Below, in pieces: positions 1-11,172 of a DNA stretch of 64,000 bases (positions within the stretch are counted from its first letter, which is position 1; each line of letters begins with the position of its first letter). Position numbers and translations under genes: made by a program. A model generated the notes under the pieces. The model was given only the letters and a program-made list of their open reading frames with translations, had not been told where the DNA came from and made no database searches. The DNA is from Macrostomum lignano. Its lineage: Eukaryota. Location: assembly GCA_002269645.1 (NCBI GenBank), contig NIVC01002563.1, positions 3,341 through 67,340 of the forward strand, written 5' to 3'.

Positions 1-1715
1 GACCGTTCAGTACGCGACCGTCGAGCACCTTGCTCAATAGAAGCGGACTCTCCAGTACGAGGAAGGCGGCGCAGAGCACAATCACGAGCAAGTTGGTTCG
101 GGACGACCGGGATCCGGACTTCGGCGGCGGTTGCTGCTGTTTCTGCTGAAGCGGCTGCATACCGTCAACGCTGTTTAGGAAGGGTTGAAAAACAAATAGT
201 GTATTTTTATAGGAAAAACAGTCCCAAATCAAATTCTACCCAACGGAAGTTTCTTGTCCACCTCGTCGGTAGTATCATTGCCGACCCACCAAAATTCTCA
301 TATCCATCCCACTGAAAGTACCTTGTCCACCTCACTGGAAGAATCATTTCCACCCCACCGGAAGCATTATGTCCACGACACCGGAAGTATCATGTCCACC
401 CCACCGGAAGTATCATGTCCACTCACCGGAAGTCTCTTGTCCACCCCATCGGAAGTATAATGTCCACTTCACCAGAAGTATCATGTACACGCCACTGGAA
501 GTATCATGTCCACTCCACCGGAAGTATCATGTCCACGACACCGGAAGTATCATTTCCACCCCACCGGAAGTATCTTGTCCACCCCATCGGAAGTACATGT
601 ATCATGTCCACTTCACCAGAAGTATCATGTCCACTCCACCGGAAGTATCATGTCTACTCCACCGGAAGCATCTTGTCCACCCCACCGGAAGTATCATGTC
701 CACCCCACCGGAAGTCTTGTCCACCCCGCCGGAAATGCCCACCCCAGGACTCACATCTGCTCACTCGCCGCTGCCGCTTTCATCCGCTTGCCAGTGAGCA
801 GTCGCTGCTTCTCTCGCCGGCGCCGATGAAGCCCGGTCAGGATGCAGACGCTGAAGCAGCAGACAGCGGCAATGGGGCCTCCGGTCTGGAACAGCAGCAG
901 TCCAGCAATGTTGTAGGCGTTGTTGAAGTGCACGGAGGCGTCCCGGCCCAGCCGGCTGTTCAGCGAGTCCAGACTGAAGCCGCCGTCGTCTCGCTGGCAC
1001 AGCACGCAGCTGAAGTAGAACAATCTCGGCAGCGAAACAATCAAAGCCGTTGTCATGACAACCGACAGCAAGGCGCGCACCCGCCCGGCTCTGCTGAACA
1101 GCCTGCGCTCCGGCGGCTGCATTGCCCGGCAGACGGCCTCGTAGCGCAGGGCGGAGATCGTCACCACCATCCAGTTGCGTCCGATGTGGGCGGCCGTCTG
1201 CAGCACGATGAGGACGTTCACCAGCGAGCACAGGGCGATGCCGCCGAGCAGGCTGGCGAGGACAGCCGGCCGGTGAACGCCAAGTACTCCATCGCGTGGT
1301 AAAGCAGAAAAAGGGCGTGGAAAACAATCTCCAGCAGTGAGAGCACCTTCAACAGGTGCACAACCGTCTTCTGAAGGCGGCCTCCGCCGGCGCTGTTGCG
1401 TCGCTCCTGTTGGCGCCGGAACACGGCGAAGGACAGCGAGTTGAGGAGGACGCTGAGCGCGTTGAGAGCGCCGAAGGTGGCAGAGAATGGCAGCAGAGTT
1501 TTTGCAACTTGGCAGTTTCGAGCGCTGGCAGCGGTGCAGAACTGCGGGTCGCCAAGGCAGACCAGCGGGTCCAGCTGCTTGGGGACGAACAGCCACGGCT
1601 GGCTGATCAGGAGCTCCGTCTGGTTGTTAGCGCAGCCCCCGCCGTCGAGGACACCTTCAGCGCTGCTGCTGTTGTCGCTAATAGCTGTCTCAGTCAAGCT
1701 AGACTCGCAGGACAT
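1..1715 (-). CDS. Orphan class A (rhodopsin-like, peptide-receptor-like) GPCR; exon 1715-755, intron 754-171, exon 170-<1 (TM7 lies beyond the window); apparent -1 frameshift near 1268
   Basis: N-terminus MSCESSLTE... with NSS/NQT sequons. TM1 FGALNALSVLLNSLSFAVF, TM2, TM3 IGRNWMVVTISALRYEAVC, TM4 ALIVSLPRLF, TM5 IAGLLLFQTGGPIAAVCCFSVCIL. Donor AT|GTGAGT at 754 and acceptor TAAACAG|C at 171 join in frame (ATC GTT GAC) to TM6 RTNLLVIVLCAAFLVLESPLLL. Track ORFs 1218-1862 and 751-1596 join if one C is added (ACC GGC CCG GCT). Confidence 0.8.
243..742. repeat. 22-23-bp minisatellite (CCACCGGAAGTATCATGTCCAC variants) filling most of the GPCR intron
   Basis: GGAAG recurs every 22-23 bp; explains track ORFs 254-829. 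Confidence 0.9.
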
Positions 1716-2026
1716 TCTGTTTGATCCGGTCTGTCTGCAATAACTGTTGCGAGCTTCACGGGCAAGCTGGTCTGGGTAGTTCTGGGGACTGAGTATTGAG
1801 AGTTTGGCGGGATCTGGGGGACTGGCTTGAGATATACTGGCTGAGAAGATTGCGCCAGCCAATCACGTCTGGGCAGTGATGGAGATTGACGGAGCTTTTC
1901 ATCGGAACTGGTTGATTACTTGACTCATTCTCTGTGCAAAAGGACAAATGCGGAAATCAACTGACTCATCGTGGAGGACGGGGGGGGGGCGTCCGACTCG
2001 CTCCCCGAAGAGCCCCCGATTCTTTG

Positions 2027-2335
2027 GACACCAGGACACCAGGACACTAGGACACTAGGACACTAGGACACTGGGACACTGGGACACTAGGACACTAGGA
2101 CACTAGGACACTGGGACACTAGGACACTAGGACACTACGAGCTACTAAACTCGTAGGGCAGTAAGACACTAGTAAATTAGTCAACTAGGACACAAAAACA
2201 CTAGTAAACTAGTAAACTAAGACACTTAGACACTGGGACACTAGAACGCTAGGACAATAGGATACTAAAGCAATAGGACTTTAGTAAAATAGGACACTAG
2301 TAAAATAAGACACAAAAACACTAGGACACTAGGAC
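2027..2335. repeat. 8-bp tandem repeat (GGACACTA/GGACACTG), degenerating rightwards
   Basis: Direct reading; same family as 5695-6530. Confidence 0.85.
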
Positions 2336-2439
2336 AGTCTTCATCTGACCATCTTGTTAGGCTTATTGATGTCAGGATGTATTGTATGATGGATCCTGTT
2401 AGACGGGGGAGTCACCTGTTAATCTACTGGGTCTTCCGT

Positions 2440-3915
2440 TAAACAGGCGAAGCACCTGTTATATAGGACAGTCACTGTTAGATAGGACAGTCACCTGTTA
2501 GATAGGACAGTCACTGTTAGACAGGGCAGTCACCTGTTAGATACCGGTAGGAGAGTCACCTGTTAGAAAGGAAAGTCATCTGTTAGACAGGAGAGTTACC
2601 TGTTAGACAGGACAGTCACTGTTAGAAAGGATATTCACCGGTTAGACAGGACAGTTACCTGTTAGATAGAACAGCTACCTGTTAGACAGGACAGTTACCT
2701 GTTAGATAGGAGAGTGACCTGTTAGACAGGACAGTTACCTGTTAGATAGGATAGTTACCTGTTAGATAGGACAGTTACCTTTTAGATAGGATAGTTACCT
2801 GTTAGACAGGACAGTCAGCTTTTAGACAGGATAGTTACCTGTTAGATAGAACAGCTACCTGTTAGACAGGGTAGTTACCTGTTAGACAGGACAGTTACCT
2901 GTTAGATAGAACAGCTACCTGTTAGACAGGACAGTTACCTGTTAGATAGGAGAGTGACCTGTTAGACAGGACAGTTACCTGTTAGATAGGATAGTTACCT
3001 GTTAGATAGGACAGTTACCTGTTAGATAGGACAGTTACCTGTTAGACAGGACAGTCAGCTTTTAGACAGGATAGTTACCTGTTAGATAGAACAGCTACCT
3101 GTTAGACAGGGTAGTTACCTGTTAGACAGGACAGTTACCTGTTAGATAGAACAGCTACCTGTTAGACAGGACAGTTACCTGTTAGATAGGAGAGTGACCT
3201 GAACAGACAGTTACCTGTTAGACAGGACAGTTACCTTTAGATAGGATAGTTAGTTAGACAGGACTGCTTTTAGACAGGATAGTTACCTGTTAGATAGAAC
3301 AGCTACCTGTTAGACAGGACAGTTACCTGTTAGATAGGAGAGTGACCTGTTAGACAGGACAGTTACCTGTTAGATAGGATAGTTACCTGTTAGATAGGAC
3401 AGTTACCTGTTAGATAGGACAGTTACCTGTTAGACAGGACAGTCAGCTTTTAGACAGGGTAGTTACCTGTTAGATAGAACAGTTACCTGTTAGACAGGGT
3501 AGTTACCTGTTAGACAGGACAGTCACCTGTTAGATAGGACAGTCACCTGTTAGACAGGACAGTTACCTGTTAGACAGGACAGTCACCTGTTAGACAGGAC
3601 AGTCACCTGTTAGACAGGATAGTTACCTGTTAGATAGGATAGTTACCTGTTAGATAGGATAGTTACCTGTTAGATAGGACAGTTACCTTTTAGATAGGAT
3701 AGTTACCTGTTAGGCGGAACAGTTACTTGTTAGGCAGGATAGTTACCTGTTAGATAGGACAGTTACCTTTTAGATAGGATAGTTACCTGTTAGGCAGAAC
3801 AGTTACTTGTTAGGCAGGATAGTTACCTGTTAGATAGAACAGTTACCTGTTAGATAGGATAGTTACCTGTTAGATAGAATAGTTACCTGTTAGATAGGAT
3901 AGTTACCTGTTAGAC
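2440..3915. repeat. 20-bp minisatellite (GTTAGATAGGACAGTTACCT) with a 240-bp higher-order unit
   Basis: About 70 monomers; the variant string at 2661-2900 repeats at 2901-3140. Confidence 0.95.
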
Positions 3916-4359
3916 TACATGGTCTTCTGTACTTGAGTTCAGAATTTAGTAATTAGATCAGAGACAACTTAGAGACACATTTCGCACCTAATTTATCAGT
4001 AACATGATCGGGCTTAGTTATCCATTCTCCTTATCCGTGCAGCAGCATCTCTAACCATAATTGATGAAGTTCTAGCTAAGCCTCACCCACGCACTTGACC
4101 CAGTCATGTCTGACAGATTTTTATCTTTGAGAAACCGTCTCATTAATGAGCATAACGTCTATTTTCATCTGACAATCAGAGTCTGACTTCTTGTCAGAGT
4201 GCGCGAGAAGGAGATAAAAATCTTTTTTCGTTCTCCTTCTGACCGAAGTTATGACTGACCTTCAGACGACAGCTGACTACTGTGTTTAGGGTAAGCACTC
4301 CATGTCCGCGTTTTGTTTAGCCTTCTGCTGTAAGGTTAATGCTGAAGGCTGAAGGGATG

Positions 4360-5130
4360 CTGTAGGGGATTCTGTGGGGACTACTGTAGAGACTACTGTT
4401 AAGATTACTGTAGGGATTACTGTAGTGATTACTGTAGGGACTACTGTAGGGATTACTGTAGGGATTACTGTAGGGATTACTGTAGTGATTACTGTAGGGA
4501 TTACTGTAGTGATTACTGTAGGGACTACTGATTAGGGATTACTGTAGATTACTGTAGTGATTACTGTAGGGATTACTGTAGGGATTACTGTAGGGATTAC
4601 TGTAGGGATTACTGTAGGGATTACTGTAGGGATTACTGTAGGGATTACTGTAGGGATTACTGTGATTACTGGGATTACTGTAGGATTACTGTAGGATTAC
4701 TGTAGGGATTACTGTAGGGATTACTGTAGTACTGTAGGGATTACTGTAGGGATTACTGTAGGGATTACTGTAGGGATTACTGTAGGGATTACTGTAGGGA
4801 TTACTGTAGGGATTACTGTAGGGATTACTGTAGGGATTACTGTAGTGATTACTGTAGGGATTACTGTAGGGATTACTGTAGGGATTACTGTAGTGATTAC
4901 TGTAGGGATTACTGTAGGGATTACTGTAGGGATTACTGTAGTGATTACTGTAGGGATTACTGTAGGATTACTGTAGGGATTACTGTAGTGATTACTGAAG
5001 GGATTACTGTAGGGATTACTGTAGGGATTACTGTAGTGATTACTGTAGGGATTACTGTAGTGATTACTGTAGGGATTACTGTAGGGATTACTGTAAGGAT
5101 TACTGTAGGGGCTACTGTAGGGATTACTGT
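4360..5130. repeat. 12-bp minisatellite (GGGATTACTGTA)
   Basis: Direct reading; degenerate edges; explains ORF 4721-5149. Confidence 0.95.
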
Positions 5131-5694
5131 AGAAAAGATACTGTAGCATTTTCTGAAAAAACTACAGTTTTTTTTCGCCAGGTATCCTGCTATAAAAGCT
5201 GTAGAGGGATTTGATTATGTAAAAGATGGTTGCTTTAGAAATTCGTTGTACGAGCTGGACGGGGCGGATTTTGCTGAGCTGATGAAGCTACTCAGTAACA
5301 ATTATATTTGGCAACTTTATCTGGCTTGAATTTTGACCAACGAACTCAAGTTGAGACAGCCAGAATTCAATGATCGCCACGGGTCTCTGATATCTCAAAA
5401 GCAGCTAGCAATTGCAGGCATTCAATCCAATAGATTTTAAAGCCTTTCTCAGTCACTGCAAGGCCTGAGCAGGCAGGTCTGGGTAGTCAGTATTTTTCAC
5501 CTTACGCATGGCTTCACTGCCATAGGCTAGACAGTGCAGAAATCGCTGGTAGGGGTGGGTACTGTTTATTCACAGAACAATGCTATTGTAAATTCGACTC
5601 AGTGTATTATTATTCTCTGTCACTGACAGGCATTCTCAGCTCTCCGCTGCTCAGTCTTGCCTGCAGTGCCAGCCTTTTTGGAAATGTTTACGCA

Positions 5695-6530
5695 CTGGGA
5701 CACTGGGGCACTAGGACACTAGGACACTGGGACACTAGGACACTAGGACACTAGGACACTGGGACACTAGGACACTAGGACACTGGGACACTAGGACACT
5801 GGGACACTAGGACACTAGGACACTGGGACACTAGGACACTAGGACACTAGGACACTAGGACACTAGGACACTGGGGCACTAGGACACTAGGACACTGGGA
5901 CACTGGGACACTAGGACACTAGGACACTGGGACACTAGGACACTAGGACACTGGGACACTAGGACACTGGGACACTAGGACACTAGGACACTAGGACACT
6001 AGGACACTAGGACACTAGGACACTGGGACACTGGGACACTGGACACTAGGACACTAGGACACTAGGACACTGGGACACTAGGACACTAGGACACTGGGAC
6101 ACTAGGACACTGGACACTAGGACACTAGGACACTGGGACACTAGGACACTAGGACACTGGGACACTGGGACACTAGGACACTAGGACACTGGGACACTAG
6201 GACACTGGGACACTGGGACACTAGGACACTAGGACACTGGGACACTGGACACTGGGACACTAGGACACTAGGACACTGGGACACTAGGACACTGGGACAC
6301 TGGGACACTAGGACACTGGACACTGGACAGTAGGACACTGGGACACTAGGACACTAGAACAATAGGACACTAGGACACTAGGACGCTAGGACACTAGGAC
6401 ACTAGGACACTAGGACACTAGGGCACTAGGACACTAGGACACTAGGACACTAGGACACTAGGACACTAGTCACTAGTCACTAGAACACTAGACACTAGGA
6501 CACTAGGACACTAGGACACTAGGACACTAA
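5695..6530. repeat. 8-bp tandem repeat (GGACACTA/GGACACTG)
   Basis: About 100 copies by direct reading. Confidence 0.95.
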
Positions 6531-6659
6531 GATATGTTTATTTAAAATATGTACACTACTTACGCTTGATAAACTAAGTAGTCTGCTTTGCGTGTGTGAA
6601 TTAGAACATATTGCATTTCAATTTTATCTAAAGCTCGTGTACATGTAAATTATAACTGT

Positions 6660-6813
6660 ATTATACAACTATTACTACTATTATTACTATGACAACCCCC
6701 TGGTCCCATTTTCGTGTACACGAGCCCCAAATAAATGCGGAAGCGCACGGAATCGAACTCAGGGGTCGCGGCTTGAGAGTCGGACGCGTTCACCGCTGAG
6801 CTGCTCCGCCCCC
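6660..6813 (-). mobile_element. Short tRNA-derived SINE
   Basis: Minus strand GGGGCGGAGCAGCTCAGCGG (A-box) ... GAGTTCGATTCC (B-box), no acceptor-stem pairing, then AAAATGGGACC and a (TAA/TAG)-rich tail. Confidence 0.55.
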
Positions 6814-7110
6814 ATAAGCGCAGTGTATTTTGTGTCAATTTATTTATTGTTGAACCTCAGACGAACAAGAAAGCAAACTGTTCAACAGCTGCTGCTACTA
6901 ACAGCAATAACAAATCAGCATTTTCATCCGAAAAATTTACAAGAAAGTTTGCGTATGATTGCCGCTGGAGTCCAAATACAAAGTGCGCTGGTGTTGCCGC
7001 TTCAGCTTCGGTCTGTCAATGCCGGCTGATGCTGACTCTGCTGTTGATAGCAGACTTGGGGCGAGCCTGCTGCTGCAATTGTGATCAAAATTGCCGAATG
7101 GGACCGCCAG

Positions 7111-7138
7111 TCTGTCTGTCTGTCTGTCTGTCTGTCTG

Positions 7139-7205
<67 letters not shown>

Positions 7206-7208
7206 GCC

Positions 7209-7249
<41 letters not shown>

Positions 7250-7280
7250 TAGTGTCTCTCTGTCTGTCTGTCTGTCTGCC

Positions 7281-7321
<41 letters not shown>

Positions 7322-7322
7322 T
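7111..7322. repeat. (TCTG)n microsatellite
   Basis: Direct reading. Confidence 0.95.
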
Positions 7323-7560
7323 TCTGTCAGATAAAACAGATAGAAATAGCAGATAAAAATTGAAGCAACACACCTTGAAGACAGGGTCTCTTGCTGCTGT
7401 TGCTGCTGCTGCTGCTGCAGCTCCCATGGGTCGCTGACACTGGAGTCGGGTCTGCTAGTTTGGTCGCTTTGATCGGCAGGCCGCGTTTCCAGCGTCTGGC
7501 TGACGATGGTCATGCAGGTCTTCGATGGCGGCATGCGCGACTGGAATTGGCGGTGCGGAT

Positions 7561-7735
7561 TGTGTCTGTCACTAGCCTGTGTCTGTCACTAGCCTGTGTC
7601 TGTCACTAGCCTGTGTCTGTCACTAGCCTGTGTCTGTCACTAGCCTGTGTCTGTCTGTCTGTCTGTCTGTCTGCCTGCCTGCCTGTCTGTCTGTCTGTCC
7701 TTCTGTCTGTCTGTCTGTCTGTCTGCCTGCCTGCC

Positions 7736-7775
<40 letters not shown>

Positions 7776-7819
7776 CTTCTGTCTGTCTGTCTGTCTGTCT
7801 GTCTGCCTGCCTGCCTGCC

Positions 7820-7910
<91 letters not shown>
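7561..7910. repeat. 5 x 17-bp repeat (TGTGTCTGTCACTAGCC) grading into (TCTG/CCTG)n
   Basis: Direct reading. Confidence 0.9.
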
Positions 7911-8359
7911 CGCCTGTCCGACTTGCCTCCGTCCGAGTCTCGGTAGCCCCCACCTCATCCTGCTCCCACACTCGATCCAGAGTGTCGAGCCCGCAAGTTC
8001 CGGGTGATCTCAACTGATGAAGTTCCATTGGCAGCTGGGCACTTATTGGCCTAGCCGTTGCCATGGGGACACACTTGAGTCCGGCTGATCGATGGCGAAA
8101 GGCAGATCCTTTTCGCCGCAAGTAGAGGCACTGCATGCAAGGGAAAGAGTTGTACAGCACTGCAGTGCCAACCAGAATTACAAAATGACATTCTTAATAA
8201 TTATGAATTATTGTTTAATTTACTCGCATACCGTACTATCCTTCACGCAAAAGCAGAAATCGACAAAAATGTGAATGGACGCGACAAGGAATCCTCAGAA
8301 GACACGTTAGAAACAATACATGGATGTAATCATCTTCTCTTTCGCAAAAGGGGTAATGA

Positions 8360-8642
8360 AGGGAGAGATACGAAGACAGATACTCATAGAGAGGGAGCGA
8401 TAGAAAGGAGAAATAGAGGGGAGAGATAGAGAGCGAGAGATAGAGAGGGAGAGATAGAGAGGAGAGATAGAAAGGAGAGATAGAGGGGAGAGATAGAGAG
8501 GAGAGATAGAGAGGGAGCGATAGAAAGGAGAGATGGAGGGGAGAGAAAGAGAGGGAGAGATAGAGAGGAGAGATAGAGAGGGAGAGATAGAGAGAGACAG
8601 AGAGAGAGTGGGAGAGATAGAAGGAGAGATAGAGAGAGGAGA
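8360..8642. repeat. GA-rich imperfect repeat (GAGATAGAGAGGGA-like)
   Basis: Direct reading. Confidence 0.8.
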
Positions 8643-8684
8643 GCTGAAATCCCGCGAGGCAAATGCGGATCCAGCACTCGGCAC

Positions 8685-8820
8685 TGTTGTGTACGAAGCC
8701 GAGCGGCTCAATATTGCGCAAACATAAACTTTGCCCAGAGGGCTGTGCCGCGCTTTAGCCCACGCGTATATTTCTACCATAGATATAAGGTTATAAGGGT
8801 ACTGAGCCCAATACCCAACA
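8685..8820 (-). repeat. 3' LTR (136 bp)
   Basis: Identical to 10474-10609 except AATATTGCG vs AATATCGCG. Confidence 0.95.
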
Positions 8821-8853
8821 TCTCCCCTTTTGATTCAAAACACAATGGGTCCT

Positions 8854-10299
8854 TCAGTCATATGACTTCATTTGGGGGTTGACCTGAAGCCGAACAGGTT
8901 GTCGACGGTTTCGTACGGGCCACCTCGTTTGCGGCTCGGGTTCTCTGGGCTTGGCGTGCAACGATGTCGCATCACGATGTCGTGCTTCAGCTGCCAGGAC
9001 CGGTAGTCTTCTTCTGAGCAATCTCCGATTTCTTCTCAGCACTCTACCGCTTGCCAGTTTGACCAGGAAGTCGTTGTTTTTCATCGCTTCGACGATCACA
9101 CCGTATCGGTCCCACTTCTTGGTCTGGATGTCTTGCACTGCAACTCTGTCTCGCACTTTCAGTCTTGGTAGTTGATGGGCTGCTTGGTTATAATAGGCTT
9201 CCACCCTCTCGCGCTTCTCAGCAGCTTTTCTGTCTATCTCTTCTGCCCTAGCCGTCCACTCCTCCGCAAAGGCTCTCCTGTGAGCGGGCAAGGTGTCGCG
9301 TACTGGGTGACCGAACACCAGCTGTGCTGGAGACCTGCCGTCATGCCGGGCTGTGTTGCAGTACATCAGCATTCCCTGACTCAGGTCGTCCCAGTTGGGC
9401 TCCCGTGCGTTGTGATCCCAGCTACCGCGCACCAACTTCTTCATTGCCTTCACAGCAGCCTCTGCACGACCATTGCTCTGCGCATACATGGGGGACGATC
9501 TCCTGGCTTCGACGTTCCATCGACTCAGGAATCCAAGAAATGCTCTTGCTGTAAACTGTGGTCCATTGTCAGACCATAACACTTCTGGGGCTCCCTTCTC
9601 ACAGAATCGCTTCCTCAAGGCGTTGATGAGCTTGTGCGTCGTCGCGCTTGCCCCAAAGTGGTCCAAAGTCGGCCAGCCAGACTTTCCATCCACAATGACC
9701 AGGAATGTCTTCCCAGCGAACTGAAACAAGTCGACGTGGAGCTCCTGAAACACCCTATCCGGTTCCTGTCGAACAGACAGAGGTTCCTTCGACTGACTTG
9801 GTAAGTTATCCTGACATGCTTTGCATCTTCGCGACGCCATTTCAATGTCGTTGTCAATACCTGGCCAGTAGAATGCCGTTCTGGCTCGCTGCTTCATCTT
9901 CACAATCCCTTGATGCATCTTGAGCATCTTGGTCAGCACCTCAGCTCGCATTTCTTTGGGGATTAGCAGCCGAGCTCCAACGACAATCATGTCGCGCTCC
10001 ACGGCCAGCTTGTCACGGACACTCCAGAACGGGCGCACGGAGTTCGGCAGGTTTCCTTTCGCATTCGGAAAGCCTTGTTGAATTATTCTCTTCAGCGTCT
10101 GGTACTCCTCGTCGGTGCTCGCCCTTCGGATCAGTTCCGCCTCTGGTGTACGAATCTCGTCGATCGCCATGACAATATTGATCTCGTGTTCTTCTGCTAT
10201 TTCGTCGTCCTTGCTTGCAGGCTCCACAGGCGCTCTTGACAGAGCATCTGCCTCTTTGTGGTCTGAGAAGCGCGAGAGGGTGGTACTTCTTTTTCTCAT
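8854..10299 (-). CDS. Retroviral-type integrase ORF (RNase H tail ADALSR, Zn-binding region, DD35E core, Mag-type C-terminus)
   Basis: MHQGIVK...FYWPG...CKACQ; LHVDLF / WSDNGPQF / NGRAE with exactly 35 residues between D and E; GRVLRRNRRLLRR. The first His position of HHCC is Leu (CTC at 9924-9922). Confidence 0.9.
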   Translation of the reverse strand: MRKRSTTLSRFSDHKEADALSRAPVEPASKDDEIAEEHEINIVMAIDEIRTPEAELIRRASTDEEYQTLKRIIQQGFPNAKGNLPNSVRPFWSVRDKLAVERDMIVVGARLLIPKEMRAEVLTKMLKMHQGIVKMKQRARTAFYWPGIDNDIEMASRRCKACQDNLPSQSKEPLSVRQEPDRVFQELHVDLFQFAGKTFLVIVDGKSGWPTLDHFGASATTHKLINALRKRFCEKGAPEVLWSDNGPQFTARAFLGFLSRWNVEARRSSPMYAQSNGRAEAAVKAMKKLVRGSWDHNAREPNWDDLSQGMLMYCNTARHDGRSPAQLVFGHPVRDTLPAHRRAFAEEWTARAEEIDRKAAEKRERVEAYYNQAAHQLPRLKVRDRVAVQDIQTKKWDRYGVIVEAMKNNDFLVKLASGRVLRRNRRLLRRRLPVLAAEARHRDATSLHAKPREPEPQTRWPVRNRRQPVRLQVNPQMKSYD

Positions 10300-10432
10300 C
10301 CTCGTTGTCCAGACTGTTGAGTCCTGAGAGCTCCTCGAAGGCCTCCCACATTAGCTTCCACTGTGGGTATAGCTCCTTCTGTGACTCGATGTCGAAGTGT
10401 GGCGCACTTCGGACGTCGATCTTGGGTGCCAT
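10284..10432 (-). pseudogene. Truncated gag N-terminus (MAPKIDVRSAPHFDIESQKELYPQWKLMWEAFEELSGL...)
   Basis: First ATG after the PBS; P.FD...Y..W...WE.F pattern typical of Mag-type Gag; ends at the deletion junction. Confidence 0.65.
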
Positions 10433-10473
10433 CTTGCACTTTTGGGCTTTTCACTTGGCTGCTTGCGACGCCA

Positions 10474-10609
10474 TGTTGTGTACGAAGCCGAGCGGCTCAA
10501 TATCGCGCAAACATAAACTTTGCCCAGAGGGCTGTGCCGCGCTTTAGCCCACGCGTATATTTCTACCATAGATATAAGGTTATAAGGGTACTGAGCCCAA
10601 TACCCAACA
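10474..10609 (-). repeat. 5' LTR (136 bp)
   Basis: See element entry. Confidence 0.95.
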
Positions 10610-11172
10610 GGCACAAGCCCAGTCCCAGTTTGGCGAAACACACAATCTCCTGGTCAATTTTCCGGAATGAATAGACCTAAGACCAACGGCACAGTTTGCA
10701 ACGCAAAAAATGCATTGAATCGAAAGATTTTGAGCTTTTCAGCACTATAGAGAACGCGCTGGATTCAATCAGTCAGTGTGACTGTAGCAAAACCCCCGGC
10801 CATCTGGACCCGCCTCTCCCAATCTGTCCGATTACCGGCTGGGAATTCAATTTAGCCTTGGCCTGCGAGTATGCAGTTGAGTTCGCTGTGACCGAACTGG
10901 GCGCAAACAAAAAACCTGGTTCCGTACATGCGGCATACGCATTAGGGATTGAGTATTGAGGAGGGGGGCAGGGAGCCGCGGCAGAGGCTGACTAACAAAA
11001 TGATGGATGAGAAATGCATTAGTTTGGCTGCAGCGGGCCGCCGTGTCCTGCCGTAGGCCTCTGCCGACGGGGATCTCGGGTCTTAGTAGGGCCGAGTTGT
11101 GACTCGCTAAGTCTGCCAGCTGAGACTGTTTACTGGGGCAAATTCTAGGAAAATTTACTTCTGAAAACCACT

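Larger units (their letters stand above)
8685..10609 (-). mobile_element. Internally deleted Ty3/Gypsy (Mag-like) LTR retrotransposon, 1925 bp, non-autonomous
   Basis: 136-bp LTRs at 8685-8820 and 10474-10609 (TG...CA, 1 mismatch). 5-bp TSD GGCAC at 8680-8684 and 10610-10614. PPT AAAGGGGAGA (plus 8821-8830). PBS-like TGGCGTCGC directly after the 5' LTR. No protease or RT. Confidence 0.95.

Noticed and set aside
254-829. ORFs with PPEVSC / HRKYHV repeats
   Set aside because: Translations of the intronic 22-23-mer in several frames.
5182-5330. Exon-like plus-strand frame YPAIKAVEGFDYVKDGCFRN... after a TTTTTTTCGCCAG acceptor
   Set aside because: Isolated short frame with no partner exons or homology I can support.
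6950-8160. Possible minus-strand exons of a low-complexity poly-Q protein (7563-7378 etc.) between the TCTG tracts
   Set aside because: One plausible donor only, no domain and no consistent gene model; needs RNA-seq.
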